From: Acanthaster planci
Taxonomy: Eukaryota
Reading direction: 5' to 3'
Length of the DNA: 64,000 bases
Assembly: GCF_001949145.1 (NCBI RefSeq)
Contig: NW_019091361.1
Span: 1,900,866 to 1,964,865 of the forward strand
Shown here in pieces: positions 48,938-62,550 of the stretch (position 1 is its first letter; each line of letters begins with the position of its first letter). A program made the position numbers and the translations under genes. Under the pieces are notes generated by a model. The model saw only the letters and a program-made list of their open reading frames with translations. It ran no database searches and was not told the DNA's origin.

Positions 48938-49674
48938 CTGTGGGCGGAAAATGTACACATACTGGTATGAGGGAGGCTCAAACTGAGATAGGAAAATGAT
49001 TGTTCAGTTGACAATTACTGTAATGCCTTTGGGGTGAGTAGATATGTCCCTGCAAATTCAGTGCCTCATGCAAAGCTAAAAGCTGATCCACAACATAAGG
49101 GGCATCTGGACTAATGATACCAAAAAAAACCCCCCAAACAATACAATGTACCTGTGACTCAAAAATACAACTGATGGAATTTATGAAAGCTCCATTTGAA
49201 ACACTGAACATCTTCTTCTGCTAATGAGTACCGGTTGCAGCACTTACCTAATTTTCCTAGACTATTCCTAATATTAAGTGCACATATTCCCTGTTATTTT
49301 TCTTTGTCTTGAACTTTTACGTGTTAAGTGGCAGTGCTGGCTACAAAACTGTAGGCAGTCAAATTCAAGAAGCAGGTTGTCACATGTTGAAAATGGTCAG
49401 GGGCCTGAGGCATCTGTGATGTAAAATCACTACATCAAATGACCGCTATAGAGACCAGTTCTGTGGACCCTGTTGTGTGTGTTATTTTTCCATCCAAATC
49501 GTTCTTTTGTTGAATAAATTTCCTTCCAAAATGTTGGGTACAATAGACAATTGGTTCATCAAGGATCATGGGCACCAGTGACAGCAACTGAGTTGAGAGA
49601 GGACAGGCGGTCATGTTCATCTTTCCTGGGATTGGACGACATTTATTCCCACCAATAGTTGAAAATTTGCCCAC

Positions 49675-49871
49675 CTTATTTCTGAGGTCTAGGTCTGCAT
49701 GATGTGGCAGAGTTTCTGTACAATGCTGGTGTAGCCGTGCCAGGCCGAGATGTGCAGTGGAGTCTCCCCGTCCTCATCCTGGAGGTCTACGTTGATGCCC
49801 AGACTGCACAGGTGCTGGGCCGCCTCCACCTGGCCGTAACGAGAGGCCACATGGAGAGGCGTCTCCTTGAT
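49675..49871 (-). CDS. DAPK1: DAPK double-ankyrin exon carrying an apparent 1-nt deletion
   Basis: 197 nt rather than 198; ETPLHVASRYGQ...DGETPLHISAWHGY; frame breaks at ~49699-49706. Confidence 0.85.
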
Positions 49872-51188
49872 CTGAAGAGGTAAAGTTGAGGTGTGTAGAC
49901 GGAGACAGTGATTGCATTAAGTTAGATTAACTTAGAGTGGTTCAGTTTATCTTATTAGCAACTGCAGCCAGCGCAAGACTTATTTTTTCATCTGTCAGCC
50001 TAGACAAAACCATTCAAGATCTCAAATCAAAAACAGCTACAAAATATCTGTAACCAAAATTCGGTGACACAGTTAAACCTCACTACAATTCAGTTTCACA
50101 CTTAGTGTAAAACCATACATGAGTTTGTTTTTCTCTGTTGGGCAGACTTGATCCAAATGAAGCTAAATCGTAAAAGTCACCACTGCCATGGATGTAATGA
50201 TGTACAGAGACATAGCAGTAAAACAAAACAAAATGCAATATTTACAGTTCAATTACTTCTACATGTAAACCGCTTCATCAATGCTTGTTAGCTGTTCAGA
50301 ATTCATGGAAACTAATTTCGGCTACAGCTGGCAAAATCGTTGCACCTGTCCTAAGATGGAAGGAATATCTCTCAATGAGACTGTGTCTACATGTACCTCA
50401 CTCAGCAGCAAACATGGACAGGTGTATTTTGTGATCAAAAGTACACACATGCACAAAATTAACATATATGTATACACAGAAGTAACTTATGATCACACAG
50501 AGTTGAAATCCAACAGCGTAGCACCGCAGTACTCACAACTTATACACATTCTTATTTGAGCACTTTCCCCGTGTGTAGAAATCTTAATCAAAATGAAACG
50601 TGGCTCAATCCCAGGGCAATATCTGTACAAAATGTGTGACTATTCATACTTTGATGCATCAGAATCCACTTTCCTGGGCCAAAAGGCTCATCTGTGTATT
50701 TGTACTTAAAATACGTTTTGGATGCAGAGTCAGCATAGCCATAAACATGTCATAGCCATAGCCATGTCAGTCATGAAATTCGCACTCAAGGCTATCAATT
50801 AAGATACACTTGACTACAATCCCACTACCGTAAATGTCCACTATGTAAGTGTGCTTTCATTCATGCTTAGATGAGTAACCCAAGCTCGTGCTTTGACCCA
50901 TATACTGTCCATGTATTTGTACTTGCTTCATTAATAATACACATTTCATACTGGAACATATGTAGCTCTCCAATTCTTACCCATATTTGTCCTTATTTGT
51001 ATGCACGGTCATAAACACAGTTACCAAAACTTTAATCACTTCCGTCCAAGGCTCTGCACGGGTCACACACATGCCTCTGGTTGTACCTCTGCACTTTCTA
51101 TTTCTTGGCAATATTTCATCTAAAGAAGTATTCTGTCACAAAGTACATGCCTCCGACACTGAGCCATTAGCAAGTACAGACTACTCAC

Positions 51189-51287
51189 CTTATTTTGTTC
51201 ATTGAGCGGACAGCCTTGGTCCTTTAAATATTCAATGACAGCAACTTGGCCCTGCCTCGCTGCCCAGTATATTGCATTGTCCCCGTG
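51189..51287 (-). CDS. DAPK1: DAPK ankyrin exon
   Basis: 99 nt; HGDNAIYWAARQGQ resembles DAPK1 GGSNAVYWAARHGH. Confidence 0.92.
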
Positions 51288-53695
51288 CTGCGAGTACAAA
51301 GAGAGATTCAAATTATACAAGACAACCAGCTGGGAGGAATACTTCACTGTATTCTGGTGGCGACTGGATGAGTGTCTCTTGACCTTTAAGATACTTTTTC
51401 GGATTGATGACTTCGGCATCAGCAAGTGATGACCTTTAACGTAGAGTAGGGAATTTCACAAACACTGAACCACCCACCTCCCAAAGAATTTACCCCAAAA
51501 ATAAACGTACATGTAAGTAGAGGGATGTGAGGATTAGATAGTAACAGCCATTGCAATAGCCAGATTGCAGGATTTTCTTCAACTTCAGATGAGCCGCTGA
51601 TGTGACACGTGTGTAAACTTGTCCTGTACGCATGAAATTTCACACAAAAATGTCAAAGCCCACTGAAATCCCTCGTAAAAAAATATTCCGAGAAGCTTCG
51701 TCTGCAGAACACCTACATGTATATATTACAAAACCAAGAGGAGAGATGTACATGCGCTGTAATTCCTTGTAAAAAAACAATTCAGGCATACGTACTTAAA
51801 TACATTCAGAGAATAACTATCCCCAGATTGGTTATGCTCTGTCTCGCGCAAAGGATAGAAAGCAAGCACCAAGGATAATTAGAAGAAACCAGACCGCCTG
51901 GCTGGAATTACTCCTCAAATATGTACCTAGGGTCAGTGTTTGCATCGGTCAAACATTTACCAGCCAGATCTGGCTTGAAGAAATTACACAGGAGTGCCCC
52001 TGGCACAAGATGTACAGCTGTTGGGGGGGGGGGGAGGGGAGGAGGGGTGGTGAGCACCAGAGGCAAAAACAGGAACAGCAAGGAAGGTAGGGGAGGAGAA
52101 ATTACAGCCAATTGAATTCCGTTACAAATTGGAATCTGGGGAGCGTGCATGCATAGCTCGGGTCTTAATCTGGCGGCAGCTTTCTTCTGAGAGTGCCCGA
52201 AGGTAAGAATGTTTGAATGCAAATCGGATAATATCAACACCAAGGGGGGAGTGTTCAAGTGTTCATCCCTGGCTATCTTTCCTGACAATGATGAATATGC
52301 ACTGGGTAACTTGTGATCACTGTTTTCAGGAACACATAGGTTTACAGCCCCCAAACACTGCCATTCTGTCACAGAGCGAGCATCTTTAACACAATTATAC
52401 GTGTAACTACTTAAGTAACTTTTGAATTTTAATGAAGTGTGGAGGACATTCAAATACAAGGAAAAACAAATTGGATTAAAACCAGGTGTAGTAGATGTCT
52501 ATGGACCCTGTAAATTTATTTCACATTTACATTTATTTTGTTGGTAATTCTTTTTCTTTATGTTCATGTCTGACAAATAAAAAAGATACTGCTATGTTTT
52601 CATTGACAAAATGTCTGATGTCAAGGGCACCAGTCTGAACTGTGTTAAATGTCTTGAGTTCCAGACAACCTCTCGCTACATCTGCCATGAGATTGGCTGA
52701 TTCATTCCCCCTAGTGGGATCATGCACTAAAGTACAATTCAATCTAACACACCGCCAAATGAGAATGGAGACACTGTAATGAAAAGCCATGAATATTGAT
52801 GGAGGTATGTTGGCGCGGCGTCTGCCGTGTGGGGAGAGATCTTGTACATTTTATGAAATAATGTCTACTTCAATGCCAAGACAAAACTGTACATGAAGGT
52901 GTAACAGTGAAAAGCTTTCAGGTGCATCAACACATCATGCTTTATGCAAATTGGCTTTTGCATGGATGAAATATTGAACTTGGGATAAATGTTCCAGTAG
53001 AGCTGAGGGGTGTGATGTGTCAACTGCACAAGGCAGGTGGTAGATAGGGAAGGGACTTTATTCATTTGTGAAAGTGCAAGCACTACATACATGTACGTTC
53101 AACCTGAAAACAAACAAAAGGGTTAACTCTCAGGAATGGGCTGAGAAAACTCTATGCTCCATTAAAAACTTATTTAACAGTCAATGTTTAACCCGGTCAG
53201 TTGCCAGGTAGGGTTTAATAAATGATTGGATACCAGTACGTAAGCAGGTGCCATTTCTCTGTTCTGCGCAATTGCCAAAGCTATAAAGTATCCTGACAAG
53301 CTAATTGAGCAAAAGCAAAAACTCAAACTTGGAGATCCTGATAATATTGGATTCTTGGTAGAATGCCAATATTGTTTTGCAAAGTCAACCAGCAATTGTA
53401 CGATCCCAACAAAGATTAAACTAAAGGTATTGGTGACACACATATTTCTGCACACCAGGACCCAACACTGTTTCACTTAAGAACTACCAAGGGATGCCAC
53501 AGATATGTTTGAGGATCGTTTTCAACAAAAAAGTTCTCCCTGGAGGATAACAATGAATATTTTTTGCATTCTCTACCTGTTTGTCTGCAATCTAAATGTA
53601 AAAACGGTAGCAGTGTGAAGTAGTTCTAACACTAGTGGTTAAAGACAAGCAGCAGCTGAGAGGAAGAAAGGACTGAAACACTTCAGAATTCTCAC

Positions 53696-53794
53696 CTTAT
53701 CTTTGATATCAATCTTAGCTCCTTTGGTTAGAAGGTAATCAACAATGTCCAAGTGGCCTTGTCCTGAAGCCATGTGCAATGCAGTTTCCCCATG
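53696..53794 (-). CDS. DAPK1: DAPK ankyrin exon
   Basis: 99 nt; HGETALHMASGQGHLDIVDYLLTKGAKIDIKDK. Confidence 0.9.
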
Positions 53795-54029
53795 CTACAA
53801 GAAACATGGAAGAGAAAAACAAATTCCCCACTGAAAGGTATTCTTCTCACGTTGTCTCCAGAGCTGTAATCTGCAGAAAACTGTTTGTGTGCCGGTGGAA
53901 TTTCTGATCACGTTTGAATGAAAATGGTTCTTAAATGCAGTGCACATGTAGTATTATATTCCCTTTGGTGCCGATGAGGATGGAGTGACTTGAATAATTC
54001 AAAGTGTGCAACAGGGCCTACAATACATG

Positions 54030-54372
54030 CATATTCATATTCATGATAATTGCAAGATTTGTAATGTGCTTTCCACAACGTTTCAAAGCGCCATTATTAT
54101 CCCTGCACATTGGGCTCACACATCATATGAACGTTCCTGAAATCATTCCAGCCCCCGGGGGAGTATACTAGCCCAGTGCTGCCATTTCTGCGTAAACGGC
54201 TAAACATAACCATGTCTCCCCTCACAGGTACCCATTTACTCCTGGGTGGAGAGAGGCACATACATGTAGGAGTGACTTGCCCAGGATCAAAACATGCTGC
54301 CACCAGCTGGATTCGAACCCTTGACCCTATGATCAGAAGCTACAAACTCTAACCACTAGGCCACATGCCCCC
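54030..54372 (-). mobile_element. tRNA-derived SINE with CORE/Meta-like central domain
   Basis: Minus strand: TGGCCTAGTGG box A, GGTTCGAATCC box B, gggcaagtcact...ctctccacccaggagtaaatgggtacc, 3' gcgctttga. Confidence 0.8.
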
Positions 54373-54560
54373 CAAGGGTACATGTATGTACCCTCAGGTT
54401 ACATTTACTTTCAGTCCATTTCCTCTAAATCAACCTACCTTGTACTGGGTATGTTTTTTGCGATCCCTAAACACAAACATGTTTGTGACATGAAAACAAT
54501 AACCAAAAAACATGTTAAGGTGCGTGGCCTGCAAAAACCCAGAACCAGCCACAGGTCCAT

Positions 54561-54875
54561 CAGTTTATTTGAGAGTGGACATAAGGTCCTACTCAGCCTT
54601 TGACTGACCGCGGTGAGTTGTTTCGTATAAACTTTAATCCGTTTGAACAGGCTTATTCAGGTTTTCCCTTGCCTAACAACATCTTGTCCCATTTCTTGCC
54701 GAGATCGACAAAGTCTGTATGGTCTTATTCATATACAGTCGTCTTTCTCATAATGGCATACTACTACAGACGGTATAAATCTCCTCCATTTCGCGCCAAT
54801 AACTTACAACGTTTAACATAACGCGAGATGTGTCTTAGGCTGAGTAGGACCTTGTGTCCACTCTCAAATAAACAG
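54561..54875. mobile_element. MITE with 39-bp TIRs
   Basis: cagtttatttgagagtggacataaggtcctactcagcct versus its reverse complement at the right end (2 mismatches). Confidence 0.75.
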
Positions 54876-54985
54876 GTGCATGGTCTGCAAAAACGCAAAA
54901 CCAGAAACAGCTACGGGTACACCAAGTAAAAGTGGTGATATACGCAGATGGTAATATTCTACGAGTGCAATGTTTCTAGACAAAC

Positions 54986-55123
54986 CTTGTTCTTCTGATC
55001 GGGGTCGTAAGTTGTGAGATTCTCCACCAGCTCCTTGATACCCGGGAGGTTTCCGTCCTCCACTGCATGGAAGACCGCCATCAGAACAAAAGACTCATCG
55101 TTGTTCTCAAGTGGGTCGGAACT
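54986..55123 (-). CDS. DAPK1: DAPK exon preceding the ankyrin repeats
   Basis: 138 nt; DESFVLMAVFHAVEDGNLPGIKELVENLTTYDPDQKNK resembles DAPK1 EDSFVMKAIIHAINDDNVPGLQHLLGSLSNYDVNQPNK. Confidence 0.9.
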
Positions 55124-55389
55124 CTACATCCAGACAGAAAGATAAATGCCGAGACAACTTTTAGCAAAAGTCCTTCAGAACTGAATATGTTATTTGACGT
55201 GGAGCCTTTGCCATTTCTGACGGCTATAACTGGCTGAAAAGAAATCAATGAAATGAAGATGAAAGAACTCCCACAGCCCACAACCTATAAGAAATGTTGC
55301 TCATTTGTTGAGCATTGGAGAAATTCCCGGATTTCGGTACGCTCATCTTAACTGTGGAGAAAAAACTGACATCCAAAATGTAATATGAA

Positions 55390-55532
55390 GGCCGTGTTTT
55401 TTTCACATGGATCTGGATCACGATCACTGGTCTGTTGTTGGTCTACGGACACCAAAACCCACCTAATGGATGGTGTGAACCAGTGTAAGGATCACTGATC
55501 GTGATCCAGATCCATGTGAAACAAACAGGCCC
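55390..55532. mobile_element. Tourist/Harbinger-like MITE
   Basis: ggccgtgttt..ttcacatggatctggatcacgatca / tgatcgtgatccagatccatgtgaaacaaacaggcc. Confidence 0.7.
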
Positions 55533-56619
55533 AAAGAGTCTATACCTTAGAGTCTTTATCCTGCAGTAATCATGACAGACAACAATAGGAATGAGGCAGT
55601 GTGTAATGCAGATACATCAAGCAGGGCATCTTTGTACCAGTAGTGTGGTCAATATGCATGCATGCTACCGCTGCACGTCAAACAAAAATCGATTCATGTT
55701 CACGCCTAGACTGGGCAACTTTGCACCAATTTAACTGGATGCACCAGACACACACAAAATTCAAGGTTGCAGTAAACTAACTATTCCTGAAGAACACCAA
55801 GGTAATCAGTCAAGCAAAATGGGAATCCTTCCAAATGCACCTGTGTTATATAACGCTGCCAGTCTATCCATGGAAAACAAGGTAATTCTAAACATCCACG
55901 CACACTGCCCAGAGCCTGTCTTTTAAAGCAAATGCAAAACCTTTGCTATTTTTAAATTACAGCCAAGGCTATAGGCTGGTTCAAAAGTATGACCGGTGGC
56001 CAGCTTATATCCTCTTACACCCACACTATCAAGTCCATGTAGATGTGGTGTTCAGCCATGATGTTGACTGACTCCGTAAGTGGGTTGGGTTGCAGTCATC
56101 CCACATGTCAATGTATATGTACCCATGGTACATATAGGCAACAGGAAGCACATAGAAAAACCAAACCTTGGACCGGAAACTCAAGGCTTGCAACAGCACC
56201 ACCAGAATTTAGTCATAGTTCTAAATCAGGTTTGTTTTGACATTTGAGCCAGTTGGTGATCCAAGGCCTTACTTTTCCAGTGAAGTGCATGTACACGCTT
56301 ATTCCTCACCCAACAAATGTCACATGGCAAACTGTATACTGTAAATAAACATCTCTTATTTGTTTTAAATCAAGATGAGAAAAGGAGACACTGAACAGAT
56401 GTATCTTGACTAACTACACAAAGTTTACTCTTAAATGTCAGCTAGCAACTACCTACTAGTAGAAATTATTATTACCGCTAATGGGTCGTTAGGGAGACAT
56501 TCCCATGAGAACGTGCACAAAATTTTTCCAACTTTACTGTCCTATAATTCGATATTCCCAGATCTGATCTGAACCAAACTTTGTATGTTTTCAATTTAGA
56601 CCCTAATCTATCATCTCTC

Positions 56620-56663
56620 NNNNNNNNNNNNNNNNNNNNNNNNNNNNNNNNNNNNNNNNNNNN
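56620..56663. other. Assembly gap (Ns)
   Basis: Run of N. Confidence 0.99.
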
Positions 56664-58359
56664 NTTTACCACAAAATGTCTCCCAAATGACCTATTTGTA
56701 AATATATGTTAAATGCTGAATGTTACTGGGTTCTAATCATCCCTATGGCAACTGTCACCAACAGTCAAAAATCTGCACAGCGTAAATATTACACTTCAAT
56801 TATGCATGTTTCCACTGCTGTAGGTGTAATTCTGGTCATAAGAACATTTCCTCTGACAGAGACATTAAAACCCTGTAATGCTACCATATCCTTTCAGATA
56901 AATGTGCATACATGTGTAAAAATTAGGGCTGTTCAGCAGCAACACAGCGATATTATCTTAAACATCCCTGCTCCTCTATAGGCACTACCAAAATCAACAT
57001 CCAACCCAGGATTCTGGCCTTGGCTGCCAGAAATTCGACTTACATGTACGCTGTTTCTCCTGGTCAAAGAGTAGCCAGCCATAAGCATCATCAGCCTGTG
57101 GTGCAGCACTCACAACTCTTCCAGAATGGTCAATAAAAACACAAGTGCTGTTCACATCACCTACGATGACTGCACCACAATTACTGTGCACCAATTATTG
57201 ATTGCTTTTACCGCACGCTGCTGCTAGGGAAATTCACTAGTGTCTAATTCTGTCCATTGATTTCTTTCCTGTTTTTCTGGTTGCTTTCACACAGTTAGCA
57301 ACCTTGGAGGAAGGGTAAAGATTAGCCAGGGTATTAGGTCCAGTTATAATCAATGCAGTGGATTCTGCCCGACTGAGAACGAACAGTTCTAGCCTAAAGT
57401 TATTCCACACTCACTAAAAATTAAAGCTAATGTTACATGTATCCCAAAAACCTGTGCTTGAAGTGTCTGAGATCAGCCAGTAAGTTATCCAGTCCTATGG
57501 AGAATCAAGGCAAAGGAGCCAGACACGCAAGATAAAAGATACAAGCCTAACTCCTGACAAATTGCTCAATGCTGCAAGACAAAAATTCAAACCTAAACTA
57601 AAGTTATAAACGGACCAAAGCAAAACCAACATACAAACCAAACAAATCATTTATTTCAACATCCACTGACAGCAAACCCTGCTTGACAGCTGCATCGAAT
57701 AACTATATCAAAAGATTAAAAGCTGTTCATTTCTCAAACTCACTTTCATTTGATTGAAACGTTTGACAGAAATGAGTACCGACCACGCACACATTTCTAA
57801 TGAGGTCTTCAGGATGAATGAAAAATGGAAGAGTTATATAAACAGACAACCATGGCAACACTTCCATTACCTTCCCAGGGATGCTCGAGGAAGGCCAATG
57901 ACCCATGAAGCACAACTAACTACATGTATATAGACCGTTGGCTCTATACAGGTTGTCATTTACCATGACACACATAAAATTATCCAGCCACTGGGCAGGG
58001 ACAAAGCCTGAAAGTATTAAGTCCTCATTACATTTTAGAAGGACAAACTCACCAGGTAAAAACTACCCCCTGATACTTCTAATGAGAGCTGAATGAAGCA
58101 GCAGTGTAATGAAATTCAAATCATTATTATTAGTTTGAAGCATATGATGTGATTTGTGGCGTTAAAAATAACCATTTCAGGAAAATATACAACAGGTTCA
58201 TTGGAATGATTTGGAATGACATTTGCAGAGATATACATCTTATAACATATCAATCAAGTGTACAGGATAAAGACATGCTCAAAACTTAAAGCAAAACTTC
58301 CATAAATTGATGATGCAAATCAGACAAAAAAAGTTTCCTGAACAACAGAACACTGCGTG

Positions 58360-58580
58360 CATGGGTGTCACAGAGGTGGAGTGAAGGGGGGAAGGGGGCA
58401 CCCCCCCAAAAAAGGAATCAAAATAAAAAAGGAGGGAAGCAAACATGTTAAAAGTGACAAAAAGAACAACCTCAGATGCTGTTACTTGTTTATCGGATGG
58501 GTGCTTTACACACCCCTTGGAAATTTCCCCCAGGGAAAAAAGTGGTCCCTCCCTGGGAAAATATCCTGCAAATGCCCATG
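58360..58580. mobile_element. CATGGG-ended MITE
   Basis: catgggtgtc ... atgcccatg inverted ends, G-rich left and C-rich right; a related right end lies near 36491. Confidence 0.5.
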
Positions 58581-58787
58581 ACCGTGAACTTAACATAATG
58601 AAAATTAGGAGCTACTGCCAGTGACTAACTAGGAGTTGCCAAAGCATCAGCAGTAACAATGTGCACTTTCACCACTAGAGCACTCCATCCTGAGAAACTG
58701 GAAAGCATGATGCTGATATGAGAGAGGGTTTCCCTGAACCATGCAGTCCATCATCAGATTAACGTGGACTACCAATATACAAGTACA

Positions 58788-59058
58788 TTATTAATCATTT
58801 CTGGTTATGATACCAAGGATTCCTCAACAGCACCCTAGGCACTGTAGCTTGGAAGCCAGAAGAAACCCGTCATGAGAAGACAATGAGAAGCAGTCACAGC
58901 TTTAGAGGTAAGAGGAAAACCCTGGAGTAATATTCTGGGTAAATCCATGGAATCAGGTAGGGACTAAAAACCCAATCCACAAGTGGACCGAGCCAGGATT
59001 TGAACCTGGACCGCAGAGGTGGAAGGCGAGGAAAGCACTACTATACCAACCTGACTCC
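58788..59058 (-). mobile_element. tRNA-derived SINE (same family as 12905-13160)
   Basis: Reverse-complement match across the whole element. Confidence 0.75.
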
Positions 59059-59103
59059 ACCTAACATATACGAACCAGAAGCTGGAAAACTGCCCAACTA
59101 TTT

Positions 59104-59343
59104 TCCTTTTCACACTAGACAAATCTCGGGGTTGACTCAGGGTTGAAGCAGGGTTGAAAACTGGCGGCGATTCACACTTGAACATCAACAACATCCCTGA
59201 GATTGACTCCAATCCTTTTAAAGTGTGAAAACAATGCTGAGTTGAATGCAAGGTTGAAAAATTCAATTTTCAACCCAGGGCGGCCATGGGCTTGCCTAGG
59301 GTTGAGTTCAACCTGGGTTGACAGGCTGTAGTGTGAAAAAGCT
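59104..59343. mobile_element. MITE
   Basis: ttttcacacta ... tagtgtgaaaa inverted ends; internal gggttga/tcaaccc motifs. Confidence 0.55.
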
Positions 59344-61278
59344 TCATTACAGACTCAGAACTACATGTACATGTACACACACATGGTAACGTGTGAAAAA
59401 TGACACTCCTGGTGGGTAACCACCACCTGATACCTTCAGCATGTACATTGTACCTGTAGCCTCAAGCACGTTTAAGCATCTTACAGAGTCAATGGGAAAT
59501 CCCAGGATGAAAACCTCTGGGGCAAATGAATTCTAGTGGAAATACTGGGAAAACACATGTACTGAGATACAACGAAGAGCTGGAGTATGAATTTACTCAG
59601 GTTTGCATTATTCAAATTTTGCAAGACCAGCATCAAATGGCAGCAAAATTTCAACTCCAACTATCCGCCTGGAGCATCAGTCGAACAGAGCCAGGTTGGT
59701 AGGGAGTGTTCATTTTGTTGATAGCAATGTGACCATATATAATATGTGACCTGATAATTGCACCCTCTCTCGGTCCAGCTTGGGACTCATTATTCATATT
59801 TTGTTAGCCCGTGCCAAAACGAACAAAATATCGGTCAACAGGTAAAATGTCCAACAATCAATGTGTGAAAGCATTTGCTGTCACACTGAATATACATGTA
59901 CGTGTACAATGATCAGTTCCTGAACATGCTAAAAAGATGATTACTACATACAGTGAAACAAAATTGGAATGAATGTGATTGTCACAATGAAACAAGTGTT
60001 TTACTCGCAGCTCACCAACCATCTCAATCACATAGGAGATAAAATGGCATATGAGAACTGACAGAGTACCAGAAAGTGACTTACCCACGGGTCTCATGGG
60101 TTAAGTGCTCTGGGCCGTTTATTATTGGATCAATAAAAATTGTTTCGTTTCAAGAAGAGAATGCACTAACATCCTGAAGAAAAAAAAAAAAAAGTCGGCA
60201 AAATTATCGGCCAAAATTGTACCCCTTTAGTTTTTTCACAGCAAGGTCAGTTGCGCTTCTTTTTTGGACAGGTTGGCTCTTCTTTATAACCTACATGAAG
60301 TTACATGCATTCAACTTGCACAAGGAAAAATATCTCACCCCGGCAAGTGACAACAGATATGCAGCACCACAGAGTCAGAGACTCAAATGCCCTCATAAAG
60401 CTTCCCTGGATAACGGAAAATGGCCCGACTTCCATATGAAATCTAATTGTAAAAACCTAATTTGTAAACCCTCTCTCTTCATCAGAGATGGAATTAAACG
60501 CAAATGTACCAATTAATCAAACAAAATGATATCCACTGAGAGGCAGTGTTCATTACACAGCCAATAGGATACCAGCTTCTAACAGGCTCCTTGATGATTA
60601 CACATTGGCCGCTACCCATTTCACAAATGAACCCCACCCGTGTGTCATCAGTACAGTGCTCCGCCATTCAGTCTCTCTAAAATGCCAGCGGTCACTGGCT
60701 TTGCTTCTCGCCCGTCTTTTCTGAACAAAGGAGGCGGAGGAGGAAATGGGGGGTGTCAGATTCCCCGACGATAAAAACACGTCCTTCCTGAAACCAATAG
60801 ACCAGCGGACTTGGAGAGCCAGATGATAGGAACAAATTCTTAGGGTGTAGAAAGGAGTGTGCATCCCCTCCGGCAACACTAATGTCATGCGCAGGCCACA
60901 AAGTGTTTGGATTCACGCTTGCTTTGTGAACCAAATCAAAAGTACGATGCATGATTCATGAGGAGCACAAAGCATGTGCCGCTATTCTGAGGTTTTCACA
61001 CAATGCAAACTATCGATCAGTTTCATTCTCAATAAATCCAATTTTTTTACCCAAACTTCTTCACCCTTGCCAAATTTCCATTAAAATGTGACTCAGCCAA
61101 GGTTTCATGAAGTCAAAGGCTTTTTTTTTCTTTTTGTGCTTATATCATTGGTGAGGTAACCTCTCACACCTGCGAGTATGGAGTTTGTCAGACAGTCGAC
61201 CATCACTGACTTGACTGTCCACGTTATCACCTGCAACATGGTGCCCATGATCTACCGGATTTGGATAAAAAGACCCAT

Positions 61279-61883
61279 CAGGGCCCAATTTCACAGAGCT
61301 GCTTTAACAGGTAGCAGATAGAAAAATTGTGTTTACTATAGCAGAAAAGTTTGCTAACTTTAAGCACTATAGAGGATTCTTAGTCACATGATTTTTGACC
61401 GTTAGCATTCAATTCACACAGATGTGCGTGGAAATGAAAACACAGTCAAAGTCTCTCAGAATTATAGCATACATGGATATGAAATTGTCAAAAATACATG
61501 CACCTAGATTTGAACATGCACTGCCTCCATGGACGTGGCCGGTATCAGTACACTTCCTGAAATGCCTTCCCCCGTCATGTTACATCAAATGAAACCACTA
61601 TTTTACGGTGAAGCTTGGTATGGTTTTGCTTACAATTGGGGGCGCATAGATATTTCCATTGTTTTGTCACTGAGTATTTTCTTAATTGTTTCCTCTTAGG
61701 TAAGCATGTCTTTTGCCATGCGCACTGCTTAAGGTAAGCATGTCTTTTGCCATGCACACTGCTTAAGGTAAGCATGTCTTTTGCCACGCACACTGCTTAT
61801 GGTCTCTATGAAATACACAGTTCCTCCAGCCTCTGTTGGTATAAAATTCTGCACTTAAAGCAGCGCCGTGAAATTGGGTTCTG
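61279..61883. mobile_element. MITE with CAGGGCCCAATTTCAC TIR and internal 34-bp repeats
   Basis: cagggcccaatttcacagagctgctt ... aagcagcgccgtgaaattgggttctg. Confidence 0.65.
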
Positions 61884-62550
61884 AAGACTGAAGGATGCAC
61901 AGTTTGAATAGTACCATGGAAAAGATGACAACTCAGCTATTTAAGGTCATCACACTCCCCACTCTTAGTCACATGATTTTTGACCGTTAGCATTCAATTC
62001 ACACAGATGTGCGTGGAAATGAAAACACAGTCAAAGTCTCTCAGAATTATAGCATACATGGATATGACATTGTCAAAAATACATGCACCTAGATTTGAAC
62101 ATGCACATGCCTCCATGGACGTGGCCGGTATCAGTACACTTCCTGAAATGCCTTCCCCCGTCATGTTACATCAAATGAAACCACTATTTTACGGTGAAGC
62201 TTGGTATGGTTTTGCTTACAATTGGGGGCGCATAGATATTTCCATTGTTTTGTCACTGAGTATTTTCTTAATTGTTTCCTCTTAGGTAAGCATGTCTTTT
62301 GCCATGCGCACTGCTTAAGGTAAGCATGTCTTTTGCCATGCACACTGCTTAAGGTAAGCATGTCTTTTGCCACGCACACTGCTTATGGTCTCTATGAAAT
62401 ACACAGTTCCTCCAGCCTCTGTTGGTATAAAATTCTGCACTTAAAGCAGCGCCGTGAAATTGGGTTCTGAAGACTGAAGGATGCACAGTTTGAATAGTAC
62501 CATGGAAAAGATGACAACTCAGCTATTTAAGGTCATCACACTGCCCACTC
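61378..62550. repeat. Near-perfect tandem duplication, ~585-bp unit x2
   Basis: 61378-61962 repeated at 61963-62550 with about 3 differences seen. Confidence 0.92.

Noticed and set aside
60598..60952. Coding-looking minus-strand ORFs in the DAPK upstream intron
   Set aside because: No kinase or CaM-binding motifs and no convincing splice pair.
61172..61232. Possible small DAPK exon on the minus strand (CAG|GTGATAAC...CGCAG|GT)
   Set aside because: Phase does not fit the next exon and there is no similarity to DAPK.
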